Counted from the stretch's first letter, positions 1 to 14,900 are shown. The stretch is DNA of 64,000 bases from Macrostomum hystrix (GCA_950097015.1 CATNEN010000030.1:2356001-2420000), one strand, 5' to 3'. The notes: generated from the letters alone by a model not told the origin. Program-made: numbers and translations.

Positions 1-22
1 AAAGCCTATATAAACCATATCA

Positions 23-1824
<1,802 letters not shown>

Positions 1825-2887
1825 CCACTCACTACTGAAATGCATCAGACATTGCAAAGTGAACATACAAAATAAAGCAGCTATTAAGTTTAAACAAAAT
1901 AACAATCAAGCTACTACAGATCACACTGAAATGCATTTGAACTGACTGAAATAAAAGATTCACTATAAAAATACAATTAATTATTAAGTTCTATTTATAT
2001 AAAAATAAATAGAACCTAAATATGGATATATAGCTAATTAGATCAGTAACATATAATTGTATATATATGCATAACAGATGGATAGAAATATATGTAGGCA
2101 CAAGCAAAGGAAATAACAATGTTTTTTATTCCAAGCCACTGCAAAGCAAAGTAGGATTAGCAAGTAAGATAGGCCTAGCATAAATAGGATATTGAATTAT
2201 TTTAAACTGACTGTAACTCTGTAAGAAATATCAATATCTCTTACAGAGAAAGACAGAATAATATATATCTTTGTCTTTTTCGATTGGTGCAAGCTATTAT
2301 CTAACTGGCTATAATAAATATTGGTATAGCTAATTGGTTAGAGCCAACTAAAAGTTAATGACTAGGTTACTATAGGTACATTTTACAACTCTAACAATTT
2401 TCCTAGTCTACAGCTTTTGCTTTTAACCTGGTTAGCTAAATTTGAGGTGTGTTGAATATTTGATAATTATTTTTTATATTGACATTCATAGGCCTAGTAA
2501 ATCTATTGTGACGGCTTTGGCTATATTATATTAATTTCTCACTAACAATAGCCATAGGCCTAGTTTTATGACAACATCAACAAACAGTAAAATAAGATAT
2601 AAAATTATAAGGCAATATAGAACATAAGCAAATCAAATGAAAACAAATTTAGGTAATTTAGGTTGTCTTATGTCCACTGCTTTTGATTTTCATAAAAATG
2701 GAGAGCTGAACTTTAAAGCAATGCTAAGTTGTCGAGACTGTTTGAGAAACTATGAAGCAAAAAATGTGTCACATTAAACTGTAATTAACTATATATTATT
2801 TCGTTTGCTTCTCGAACCTTTACTTTATGTAGAATGTACTGAAAAGCTACTTAAAAGTCTAGCTTATTATATGGTCTAGCAGTCGTA

Positions 2888-3170
2888 ATAATAATAATTG
2901 ATTACACCTGCCCCAATTGGGTCAGATGTGCAGCCGACAGCACAGCCACAGCTATTGCGCGGCGCATCGGAAGGCTGCGTACAACTGTTCAGTCCATGGA
3001 CTACCTTCAATTATCCCAGCTAATGCTGGTACACATTTAACAGCTGGGTGAACTGAAGCAATGCAGAGTTAAGTGTCTTGCTAAAGGGCACAAATTGTTC
3101 CAGTAGAGTCGGGAATCAAACCCCGATCTTCAAGTCGCGAGTCCGACGCCCACTAGGCTAGGCTACCACT
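2888..3170 (-). mobile_element. tRNA-derived CORE-type SINE, copy 1
   Basis: Minus strand reads a tRNA-like head (gtagcctagtgg...ggtttgattccc), a CORE-like segment (gcaagacacttaactctgcattgcttcagttcacccagctgttaaatg) and a 3' tail ...ggggcaggtgtaatcaatt(att)n. Aligns by eye to copies at about 7050 and 12720. Confidence 0.85.
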
Positions 3171-4977
3171 AGGCTACAATTCAAGTTCCTCTTACTAGGC
3201 TACAACCTCTTAGATAGATAGAAAGCTTTTAATGGAATTAGGTAGGATTTAATTTCTAGGTCTGCTAAGAATCGTAGATGACGTGAGACTATGCTAAAAA
3301 GTTGCAGCTGGCAGAAAGTGAATATCAAATTAAATATAAAAATGAAGTCATAAAAATTAAACCATTACACCAACGCTACCAACGCATTATAACTTTTAAG
3401 CATGTTTAGATTCAGAATTGAAGAATACAAAGTTAGTATTCTTATAATTAGATCGTTATTGGTCCAACTTATTTTTTGTAAAAAAAAGAAGCTAGCATTT
3501 AACGTTTTACAGCTGAACTAAGTTATTCTAAATTGTAAACTGCAAATTGTAAACTAAATGTTTACAACGGAGAAACAGAAACTCGGAAAATGCGTAGTAC
3601 CTGCGAACATGTAGAGGGATTTACTCGTGTCTTGAAGTCGAAGAACAAATCAATTAAGATGCTTTAACTACAGGTCAAAGGTCCCACTCGCATGTGCTGA
3701 AGCCTCAGGAGTCTATGTATGTCGAAGTCATTTCAATCTATGCAATGCAATGTGCTGGAGAAGCTCAAAGGTTTACTATATTATACATTTGAAATATGTT
3801 ATATAGTATTATTCTGTACTATATTTTAATTATCAGCTTTAGACCTTTACATACTTCATCGAATGAAGACATTCAGTATTATAGCTAGCTATAATGCCAA
3901 TTTCGGGCATTTCTAAAGTGCGCCATCGGGATAGCACGAAGTTTGCCAGCAGGGCGTCAGCCGAGGCTTGCTAGCGGGACATTTGCCAGCCGACGTTTGC
4001 TATCCGATGTTTGCCAGCCGATTGTAAATCGATCAGGAAATCGTAGATATGGGACAATTCCTGAAGTTAATAAACCATGCAGTGAGATATCTCTTGGATT
4101 TGAGACTTATCTCTTAGGGACCGGTTAAGGCATTGATCTTTAGCTCAGTTTGCAGCGCTGTTTCTGAGGTTCTGATGTTTTCTGAGCGGAATTGTCCGCA
4201 GATATTTGTCTCTAAAGACTCGATTTTTATGTGTTAATTATTCTCGAATAGGTCTACGACGATAGAAGTCTTACGAGACAATCGACCCTTCTGATCAAGG
4301 TCGCAGCAACGTTCAGTTTTCAGGTGTTTATTTCATGTATATTTATTTTAGGGGCGTGTCATCGGCGCCTCTTTAGGTTGGAGAGGTCATCCCTGAATGC
4401 TCTGAATTCGAACCTTCCACTTAACATCATCCCTTTAATTTGATTTTCGCTTACCAAGCTGTTTACTTATCCAAAATAATTAATTCACTTAAAAATATTT
4501 AAAATAATTAATTAGTTTGCTTACACCCTAGAAATAAGGATCGGACATATGGAAGTATAGTTTATAGAGTCGCAACATTGAATTCGCAAACTTCCGCTAA
4601 GTTTAGTGTTGAAAAAAGTATCTAGTTATCTAGCTAGCCTTCAGAATAATTTAGGGCGAGCATCTTGATAATTCGTAGCGAGAATTTTAATGAGGTTCGA
4701 ATTATGACTAATTATTGCCTTTGTTTATACTCGTACGACCTAAATATGTCTATTTGTCCGTCCCAATTTTACATAGTCATTGGCCAAATCTATAAACATT
4801 TCTAATGAGGCAAGATTTCGCGCAAACATCCTTCAAATTTTCGCAGTAATTATAGTCTATTTACGAGTAAAATCAGCTCGTCAAATATCTAAGCTTGTAA
4901 GCGCTTGTAAATAAAGTATTTCTTGGCGCCAATTTGAGGTTAGTACGCGATTAGCTGATACAGACATCAGCATCAGC

Positions 4978-7900
4978 ATGACGTCTGTATCTTCGGCATC
5001 ATTGGCATTCTCAGCCACAATTTTGTTCGCAGCGGCCTTCAGCTGGTTGTGCTCTGACTGTTGTAAGTTACTTTCTATGCTACAGTTACTATAATGAAGT
5101 ATATGACTAGCAAACTATCGTACAGGCGAACTTCCGATTCGGAAGATTAACGTGGAGGCAGCCTGGCAGTCCTCGTCAGTACAGCCGTCGGCTTGCTTTC
5201 ACACCAGAAGCGCTGAGGACGAGGCATTGGCAGTTGGCACTGACCGCTTCTTCCTCACAGCCCTGGGTGGCAATGAAATGATTAAATGGTTCGCCGTGAA
5301 ATTCACTAAGCCATTGCAACTGGCGTCTATGACTGTTGTCAGCGGAACTGGCGGTTAGTGCCGATTTCAGTGCAACAATACGGATCTTTTCAGCAACTAA
5401 ATGAGCAACTTAGTCGTCAATCTGTCAAAACCCACTGGGTCGCATTTCGTCTCTCCGCCTTTTAAATCACTCCGTCAATCTCATTCATTCCGTCTCCGTC
5501 TCTCTTCAGTCACTCCGTCAATCTCAGTCACTCCGTCAATCTCAGTCACTCCGTCAATCTCAGTCACTCCGTCAATCTCAGTCACTCCGTCAATCTCAGT
5601 CACTCCGTCAATCTCAGTCACTCCGTCAATCTCGTTCATTCCGTCTCCGTCTCTCTTCAGTCACACCGTCAATCTCAGTCACTCCGTCAATCTCGTTCAT
5701 TCCGTCTCCGTCTCTCTTCAGTCACACCGTCAATCTCAGTCACTCCGTCTCTCTGTAGTCACTTCTTCAATCTCAGTCACTCTGTCTCAGTCCCTCGGTC
5801 TCAGCCTTCCAATCGCTACGTCTCTAGGCAACAACTCATTGTTCTCGATGAATTTTCTTTGCAAATGAATTTTGTCTGAATTGTCGGATAACTGACCTAC
5901 AATACTTCAATTGAAAGATTTAATTTATTAAACTAACAAACTAAATTTTATTGACACGTGCTGTAAAATTTCTTAGAAACAGCTCATCGAGCCAGCGAGA
6001 ACATTGAGATCTGGGTCAGCGACTCCACTCTATTGGACTTCGGCGTGGAGCACTGCGCATCGACAGAAATTCTGCGGCTATTTACTGGAGTCGGTACTAC
6101 TAGGTCCAGTTGTCGCATTGCTGTTCGCGCCGATGGTAACCAAACAGCGGCTTGCGATGCTAGAAGGGCGGTGAGAAATGTACTAATTAATCATCGCCTT
6201 GACTCAGTCACTCAGCCGTAGTAAATTATTAAACTTATTATAAAAAACGGAATATTGTTTCTGAGCCAAAACGGCTGTGTACTTTTAACACCAGTAGATG
6301 CCTGCAAGATTGCACTTAAGTGATAATGCAGAAAAGTACAGCTTAAAAATGTGGGTTTCGCACAATCGCAGAAGCTTTTACCCAATGTAGCCAATCACAG
6401 AAGGTTTACCCAATGTAGCCAATCACAGAAGGTTTACCCAATGTAGCCAATCACAGAAGCCTTACCCAAATTGGCCAATCAAAGAAACTTTAACCAATGT
6501 AGCCAATCACAGAAGCTTTACCCAATGTAGCCAATCACAGAAGCTTTACCAAATGTAGCCAATCACAGAAGCTTTACCCAATGTAGCCAATCACAGAAGG
6601 TTTACCCAATGTAGCCAATCACAGAAGCTTTACCCAATGTAGCCAATCACAGAAGGTTTACCCAATGTAGCCAATCACAGAAGGTTTCACCTAATGCGTA
6701 GCCAATGCCAGCAGGTTTTGCCTGATTTGAGACATGAAAAATTTTGAAAAATTTCAGACCAGATTCCTTATAATTCTGAAAGAAGATTCTCGTCCTCTAG
6801 GCTTCGCTGATTTGCGCATTCAACTACAATCCCCAGAAGGTAAGAACACTGCAACTCGATGGTGTCATCCCAATCCCAAAGATTCGTATATCATATTCTC
6901 GCTTTAATAATGTTATCACTGCACTTGCATATCATTTTAAAACCAAACTTTTTATTATCTTTAATCTGATCCAACTCAGTTCAGGTGTATTCTACTATTT
7001 CAAATTTCATTCTATTATAACATATTATATTATATTGGGAGTTAGGGAATGTAGCCTAGTGGTTAGAGCGTCGGACTCGTGGCTTGAAGGTCGGGGGTTC
7101 GATTACCGACTCCACTAAAGCAAATAGTATTTTGACCATACAATTTTCTCTGCATTGCTTCAGTTCACCCAGCTGTTAAATGGGTACCAGCCTTCAGATG
7201 CACGCGCAATAGCTGCGGCTGTGCTGTCGGCTGCTCATTGCATGGTCCGCTTAGTAGTGGCAGTACGTAGCCTATTCTTGTTATCATATTTCATTGTGTA
7301 ATAATCGGCCTTTCTTTTCTATTCTATTCTATTCTATTCTATACTATTCTATTCTATACTATTATATTCTATTATATTCTATACTATTCTATAATATTCT
7401 TTTCTATTCTATTCTATACTATACTATTCTATTCTATACTATTATTTTCTATTCTATTCTATTCTATTCTATACTATTCTATTCTATACTATTATATTCT
7501 ATTCTATTCTATACTATTCTTTTCTATTATATTCTATACTATTCTATAATATTCTTTTCTATTCTATTCTATACTATACTATTCTATTCTATACTATTAT
7601 TTTCTATTCTATTCTATTCTATTCTATACTATTCTATTCTATACTATTATATTCTATTCTATTCTATACTATTCTTTTCTATTATATTCTATACTATTCT
7701 ATAATATTATTTTCTATTCTATTCTATACTATACTATTCTATTCTATACTATTATTTTCTATACTATTCTATTCTACTCTATTCTATTCTACTCTATTCT
7801 ATTCTATTCTATTCTACTCTATTCCCATTATAACAGACAGGCTATCCGGCAAGCTGAGAGTCACCAGTGTCTCCGTGAACTCCAGCTTCTCAGTGCAATG

Positions 7901-9723
7901 CCCCGAGTCCTGCGGCAGATGGTCAGGAATGAGTCTTCGGCAACAGCAGCAGCAGCAGCTCTGCCTGCCGAACGGCAGCTGCTTGGCCACCAGCCGGATT
8001 GTGGTGGACTTGGCCAGCCCAGCCGACTCAGGCGACTACAGATGCAGAGAAGGACCGGCGGCTGCACCTGAGCTGGTGGCCTCCATCGCTGTGGCTCGTG
8101 AGTTGCTGCTGCTGCTCATAACGAATTGGCCTAACTAGCAATAGCGGACAGCTGAGCACATATATTTGACTATTGGTGAAAAACATAAGCCTACTGAATG
8201 ACCAGATGAGGATTTGTGAGTCATTTAATGGCCAGATGAGGATTTGTGAGTCATTTAATGACCAGATGAGGATTTGTGAGTCAATGAATGACCAGATGAG
8301 GACTTGTGAGTCAATGAATAACCAGATGAGGATTTGTTAGTCAATGAATGACCAGATGAGGATTTGTGAGTCATTTAATGGCCAGATGAGGATTTGTGAG
8401 TCATTTAATGGCCAGATGCGGACTTGTGAGTCATAAATGACCAGATGAGGATTTGTGAGTCATTGAATGACCAGATGAGGACTTGTGAGTCAATGAATAA
8501 CCAGATGAGGATTTGTTAGTCAATGAATGACTAGATGAGGACTTGTGAGTCAATGAATAACCAGATGAGGATTTGTTAGTCAATGAATGACCAGATGAGG
8601 ATTTGTTAGTCATTGAATGACCAGATGAGAACTTGTGAGTCATTGAATGACCAGATGAGGATTTGTGAGTCATTGAATGATCAGATGAGGATTTTTGAGT
8701 CATTGAATGACCAGATGAGGATTGGTTAGTCATTTAATGGCCAGATGAGGACTTGTGAGTAATTGAACGACCATGTAAGGATTTGTGAGTCATTCAAGAA
8801 TCAGATAGGTAGGTATTTGGTGAGTGATCTAATGACCAGGTGTGTCACAAAATCCTGAACATGACCAGATGGTAGACGCGAATCCGATTATTGTTACGAG
8901 ATGAGATTTCTGAACTCTTAAAATGAAATTAGAGGCCAAAGTTAGCTTGGCTCAGTAAATAACGATGAGGCGCTCCCTCCCAGACCCGCCAGCCAGGCTG
9001 TTGGTGCTCGCTCCGGAGGACGGCAGCTGCTCGGGCTGTTGCTGTACCAGGAGTCGGCAAACTCCTACCCGCGGGCCGGATGCGGCCCTCGAAGTTCCCA
9101 AATCTGGCCTATTGACCTTTCCAACACCGATAGTATCCAGTCTGATCTTTCCGTTAACTCACCTCTCTCTCATCTCTCCTCGGTCTCATCTCTCCCCTTT
9201 CTCATATTCCTAGTGCCATGCGGCCTGCTGTCCAAAATTAAATAATCCAAATTAAAATCACAGTTAAGTACGCCATGAAACTTCAGACGCATCGCCGTTT
9301 TCATTATCGCCGTCACTGTTTCTGACAGCTACAATTGCCGTCGTTGTGATTTTAATCGTTCTTGTGGCAGCATCAACAGCGTTGGTAAATGAAGCTTCTT
9401 TTTAAGTATGGCCTAATTGTAGTAGAATTAAAATTTACCCCTGATTTGAATAATCGACGTTTAGATTATTCGGCGCAAGTGGTCGCAGCGTCATCGACAA
9501 CAGCTGCAAGGGACATCAGCCGCCAACCGTCCCGCACTACCGTTGGGTGCCGTTTCAGTCGGCCCAGCAGGTGCTATGAGCACAAAATTGCCAGCTGTGG
9601 TAAGTGCATGCTTTCACTTTTTAGACGGGATTGACATTTATGAATCTGTGGAATAAAATCTATATACTCGTACACTCAAATTTGCAGAACGAAACCTACG
9701 CTGACGCTTTCTACGAAGAATAA
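4978..9723 (+). CDS. Type-I membrane receptor: signal peptide, F-type lectin/discoidin-like (galactose-binding fold) domain, Ig-like domain, TM, short Tyr-containing tail
   Basis: Phase-consistent exons: 4978-5062 (signal peptide), 5126-5353 (AAWQSSS...KWFAVKF), 5983-6170 (RASENIEIWVSDS), 6758-6839 (TRFLII...LGFADLRI), 7837-8097 (FSVQCP...W...DSGDYRC, Ig), one unresolved GC-rich exon near 8955-9135, 9287-9384 (TM TIAVVVILIVLVAASTAL), 9465-9599 (IIRRKW...), 9688-9723 (NETYADAFYEE*). Domain names come from motif resemblance only. Confidence 0.72.
5490..5790. repeat. 18-bp minisatellite (tcagtcactccgtcaatc), intronic
   Basis: Tandem units visible inside intron 5354-5982. Confidence 0.9.
6380..6705. 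repeat. 28-bp minisatellite (cccaatgtagccaatcacagaaggttta), about 11 units, each with an AGCCAATCA box
   Basis: Tandem units visible inside intron 6171-6757. Confidence 0.92.
7045..7275 (+). mobile_element. tRNA-derived CORE-type SINE, copy 2 (internally deleted)
   Basis: gtagcctagtggttagagcg (A box), ggttcgattacc (B box), ctctgcattgcttcagttcacccagctgttaaatgggtaccagc, then the shared tail gcgcaatagctgcggctgtgctgtcggctgc. Confidence 0.85.
7310..7825. repeat. (attct)n-based 5-bp microsatellite
   Basis: Read directly; ends at the acceptor of the Ig exon. Confidence 0.95.
8195..8800. repeat. 30-bp minisatellite (gaccagatgaggatttgtgagtcatttaat)
   Basis: Tandem units visible; intronic. Confidence 0.93.
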
Positions 9724-10381
9724 TAATTCAAGTCGAACATAAATACCCACTTGACTGAGCGTACTTCAAGTTGATTCTGAATCGCTGCTTTAAAATCTCA
9801 ATATGTTTGTCAAGTATATTACAATTTAACGCAAAGATATGTTCTTATTTTTGTAAATTAACCATAGTAGGATTTACTTTGCCAACGATTTGAACACTAC
9901 ACTGGTTATCCTGGAGACAAATTAATTTGTTGTAATGTATTTTTTGGCTTGTATTCGTAATATTAGTTAAAGTTATACAGTGTTTAACAAGTTCACAGTG
10001 ACAACTTTTTAAATGTAAATTGATTAGAAAAATAACAGCGGTGCGTCATAGGACTGCGTACAGCTGTTCAGTCCATGGACTGGAAGTTCGGCTGAGATTT
10101 GAGGCTAAAAGCTTTTCTGTAACTTTCAAATTCATTTAACTATTCTGCACTTTCTATTCAGAGTTGATAGACACTCTTAATTTAATATTTGTTGTTTTTC
10201 TATCCATTACTCACTATTTGTTTTTTGTAGACGAAATTTTTCAGTATTTTTAATCGATTTGAAATAACATCTATTATTGATTCGAGCTTTGTTTTAAACA
10301 AGTTTTAAGCTTTGTCTTCGTTAATTGCAGGAAATTCATACTTTTAAACAAAAAAATGCTCTTATCTGTAATCCTTACTCA

Positions 10382-10730
10382 TAGGGGTTGAGTGGCAGAG
10401 CGGTCTAACGCGTTTGCCTCTCGAATCTTTGAGCTCGATTCCGCGGCGAGGCCACATTTAATTGGGGCGCAGCCGCAGAGAGAAGGCTAGGCGGCTCATT
10501 GTACAATTGACGCCCTTAAGGGGTAACCTCAATGCACAGTGAAAGTTTGCACTGCCTGACGATGAGAAAGTCAAGGGCAGATGTACTGACCTGAGCGTTC
10601 GCCTATGAACAGTATCTATGCGTGTGTGCTCAGGAGTCAGCGAAATGGGCAGAATTGCTTCCTGGCTGGCTGCGGGTCAAGTGTTATTGATGTACCATTG
10701 CCCGCAACCCTGCTGCAATAATATTTTTTA
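10382..10730 (+). mobile_element. Probable second tRNA-derived SINE family
   Basis: Head ggggttgagtggcagagcggtctaacgcg (A-box-like) and gagctcgattcc (degenerate B box). The internal motif gcgtgtg(tg)ctcaggagtcagc...aatgggcaga recurs near 24500-24535. Confidence 0.45.
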
Positions 10731-11922
10731 TTTAATGCTTAAATATTTATTATTGAAAATCAATGAACCGTTCAGCAAATAAAACAAACAACAAATCGAA
10801 AGGCGACACAAAAGCAATACATTTTTCCAGTGCATTTTTCTTTTCACAAAGAACTATGCGCGCGCGCCGTAAGCACAAAAATGCCACAATAAAAAACAAT
10901 GGACTAAACCTCGGATTAGACCATACCATAGATTATCATATATTTAATTAGCAATTGTTAGTGAATTACCAAGAACCTAGATTAATCAGAGCCTATAGTC
11001 TTGACGTTAACAATAAGCCAGGCTAAACAGGTCGGCAGTAGGCAGTCAAAGGTATATCAGGAATTCAGGTAAGCAAGCTGATTGATTAGGACAAACTAAA
11101 ATAACGCAGAAAAGTAAAAAAAGCTAAATTGAATTCAAGCCAAAAAGTCTTCAGTTGCAGACAGAAAAATAGTATTAAAAAAATAAAAGACCAAAATAGC
11201 ACAGGTCAATTAAAAGAAACAAACTAACAACTGATTAACACGGATAAAAGTTCTGTAAAAATTAAAGAATTAGAAAAAAACACAATCAACGCAATTCAAG
11301 TACGCGCACGCTGGGGGTGAAGATGAAACAAGAGGCTAGATAGAAGAACGTGAGCAGCCCGCATGTGACTTAATTTTGGATTTTAGTAGTTTAAAAAACT
11401 CTACCGATACGATTACTTTTATCGTAAGGATAGAAAAATGTGAAACTCACACCCACTTAGCAACAGAGACTGACAGTCGTACCTCATCATTTTAGACTGG
11501 CCTTTCCGTCTATAAACTGCACAGAAATGTAATGCCGCATACTGCTTATCAGTAATAAAATATACAATGGAAAAATGGATATTGAAGTTATTTTTCCAGA
11601 ACACTGGCGGATTTTTAAGACTGACACCAGACTGATGGGGTAAGCATTTTTGGTGACGCCGGCAAAAAAAGTGGCAATTCAAATTTATTTTGTATTCTTA
11701 AACAGACATTTTTCACAACTAAAACCAACTCTGTCCATACGTGACCGACCGACTGCCATCCGATAAAGCAGAATAGTGCCAATCCTGTAAGCCTGGCCGC
11801 GCGCGCATTTCAATCAGCATCAGCTATTGGCTTAGCTGGCTCTATTCGGCAGACTGAAGCGGGAGGAGGGAGTAGGAAATTGCTACTCATAGTAGACTAG
11901 CTATCAAAATTACTGGGTAAAT

Positions 11923-14900
11923 TCAGACTTTAACTATTTGCACCTTATCATTGGCCTGGGCGCCGCCACCCTCGCCACCTCCGCGCCGACGCTCGCCCTG
12001 ACCGCGACCGCCACGGCCTCTGCCGGCGCCGCCACCGGTTGGTCCGTCATTACGCCTGGGCGTGAAATAGTAGGCGTCACCGCCGCCGCCGCCGCCACCG
12101 CGATCGCCACCATAGCCACCGCGACCTCCGCGATCGCCACCAAAGCCGCCGCGACCGCGATATCCGCCGCGATCTCCGCGACCAGATGGAGACTCGGTAT
12201 AGCCGTCACCAGTCTATTGAATTAGGATAGTAAGCAGCGATGATTTTTGGGACTCATTATATTATAGATTTATCGTCAAAAGACGAGGTAGCCGCTTTAT
12301 AAGTTTCTGATTGGAGAAGTCAGTTTTAGGAATTTGTCAAAAAGCGTCTTTCACGAATTCGATGCTAAACTTCGGAGCATAAGTCCCAGACAGTGGAAAG
12401 TTGGCCTGATTCGCAGCTTGTTGCATAGAGCTTACATGGTTTGTAGCTCCTGGATCATCAATTTAAACATTGAAGTCAACTTGGTTTGTAAAAATCTTCC
12501 AAGTTCTGATTCTTAGCAAAAATCATTTTCGATAATCGTAAGTTCCTTATTCTCTTTAAATATGAATAGCGTTGAAGAAAGGGTACAATAAATGCAATAA
12601 GTTAGTTTAGAGGTTTGAAAAAATACTATCTGTCGATCTCAATGCCTTTGAGGTCTCAAATGAATCTAGAAAATTATCCCAGCCTGAAAAACTACATGTA
12701 GGGCACCACTGCCACCAGAGGTTGTAGCCCTGTGGTTAGAGCATCCGACTTACGACTTGAAGGTCAGGGGTTCGATTCTCGACTTCACCTGGAACAATTT
12801 GTGTCCAATAGCAAGACTCTTAACTCTGAATTGCTTGAGTTCACCTAGCTATTAAATATGTACCAGCATTAGCTGGGGTAATTGAGGGTGTGTGTGGCGT
12901 CCCCCAGTCCATGGAGTGAAAAACCGTAATCAACCTTCAGATATGCCGCGCAATAGCTGCGGCTGTGCTGTCGGCTGCACATCTGGCCCGATTGGGGCAG
13001 GTGTAATCAATTATTAATATGGCATTTACATGTATCTAAACTAAATCGACATAATTTTGTTAGCTCACTTTTCTAAGCAAAATCTCACAGTCACAACTTA
13101 TAACAAATAATAATAATATTTTTAGCCTGTTTCTTGTTCAATTCTTGTTTGACAGCAAGTCAAAATCGGATTTGTTTGTTTCGTGCCTTACTTTCTCTCA
13201 GCAAATTTTTGCCCAGTAATTTTGTCTCCCCTCTGCAATTTCGGCCGGCAAATTTGGGGATTTGCAATTTTTTCCAACGAGTTTGTCCTGCAATTTGTCT
13301 TAACTCTGCAATTACGTGCTCTGCATCGAGCTTGTGAGTGATTGACAGATTTGTGAGATTGGAATTCGAGAGCGTCTAAGTATATTAAACAATGGAACCA
13401 TCTAAAATGAAATGCAATTGACATACTTGGTCGGCGCCGCCACCAGAACGAAATCCGCCGCGACCCCGTCCTCCGCCGCCCCCACCTCCTCCGCGGTTGC
13501 TCTGCCTGTCAGCAGCATACTCGCTGCCCTTCACAGCACTGCCGCCTGGGCCAGTGACGTTGGCCGCCTCCAGGCCTTTGTCGCCCTGCACAACGTCGAA
13601 TTCGACCTGCTCGCCGTCGCCGACACTGCGTTGAAATTTGCGCGGATTGTTCTTGACGATGGCCGACTGGTGGACAAAAATGTCCTCCTTAGTGTCGTCG
13701 CGGTTGACGAAACCGTAGCCATTCTTCACGTTGAACCATTTGACAGTGCCGGTAACTTTTGTGGCTGGTTAGTTGGGTTTAAAAAATGAGACATTGGCTA
13801 TTGAATGTTTTTTTGTTTTTGAGAGAAAATCAACTTGTAGCTTATAGTTCCTAGGACATTCAATTATTCTTTAAACTCTGATCAAGAAACTTTGTGAAAA
13901 ATAAAAAAGCAAAACACTATAACCAGATTTGATTATAGTGTTTAGAAGAATCTTCTGTCAGAATATTTTTTCAAGTGATGTCAGCTGCATTTTTGCCTTC
14001 ACTTGCCAAGTTTCTGTGTGCTTTGCTTTGTGTATGACTACTCTTTGCTCTTTGGTCACTAAAGAGCAAGCTGCATTACAAAATTATAGTTTTTTTACTT
14101 GATTTAAACATTGGCATGCATTGGTGTACATTGCCAAGGTTAGCGGAAATAAGTTGGCATATTGGGCATAAGTTTGCCAGAAAAAATGGAGAAAATTTCA
14201 GTGAAGTGAATCTGATCACTCTGAGAAATTTTCTTGGAAACGCACGTGTAAAATTAACAGGTGACAGTAAGTTTCATGAAACATTTACAATTGTGCTAAA
14301 ATAGCAGAATTAGGGCCTAAGCATAATTACGGATTTAATGAAGGAAGCATGTCAAATTCATTCTGGCAAATGACCAGCATGATCTAGACTATGACCTAGT
14401 TATGAGACAAAAGAAAGCTTAAGAAAACCATACTTAAAAATTGACTAGATCACAAGTTCTAAAAAATGTACACCCAAAAAACCAAACTTAAAAATCTTAG
14501 ACATGTCAAGTTATATACTGTAATGAACATTCAACAGTTTATCAAAGAGAATGAGAATACAAGACAATTCATATTAGGACTACTTGTTATTCACTATCCA
14601 AAGTAGGCTTAGTACTAGTAGTAGGCCCTAATGTAATGTACATAATTTAGGTAAGAGAAGTAAACAAAAAGTTTGTATTGAATCTGAGTATTGTTGGCAT
14701 CTCCCTTTAAAATGTCCCCCAAAGTGTTGCAGCCCCTGGTGTTTGAGCCCATGACAACTTCATACCATATCAATCTCACAAATTAAAATTCAAAATATGC
14801 ATGTCATGATATCACAACAGAAATAGGCCTATAGGAACTAATTTAGTTGCTAGTCTATGTTAAATCAATTAGGATCCTAGACACTTTGTCATCTTACAAC

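Noticed and set aside
7045-7115. tRNA gene
   Set aside because: Has A and B boxes but no intact acceptor stem, and continues into a body shared with two other copies, so it is a SINE head.
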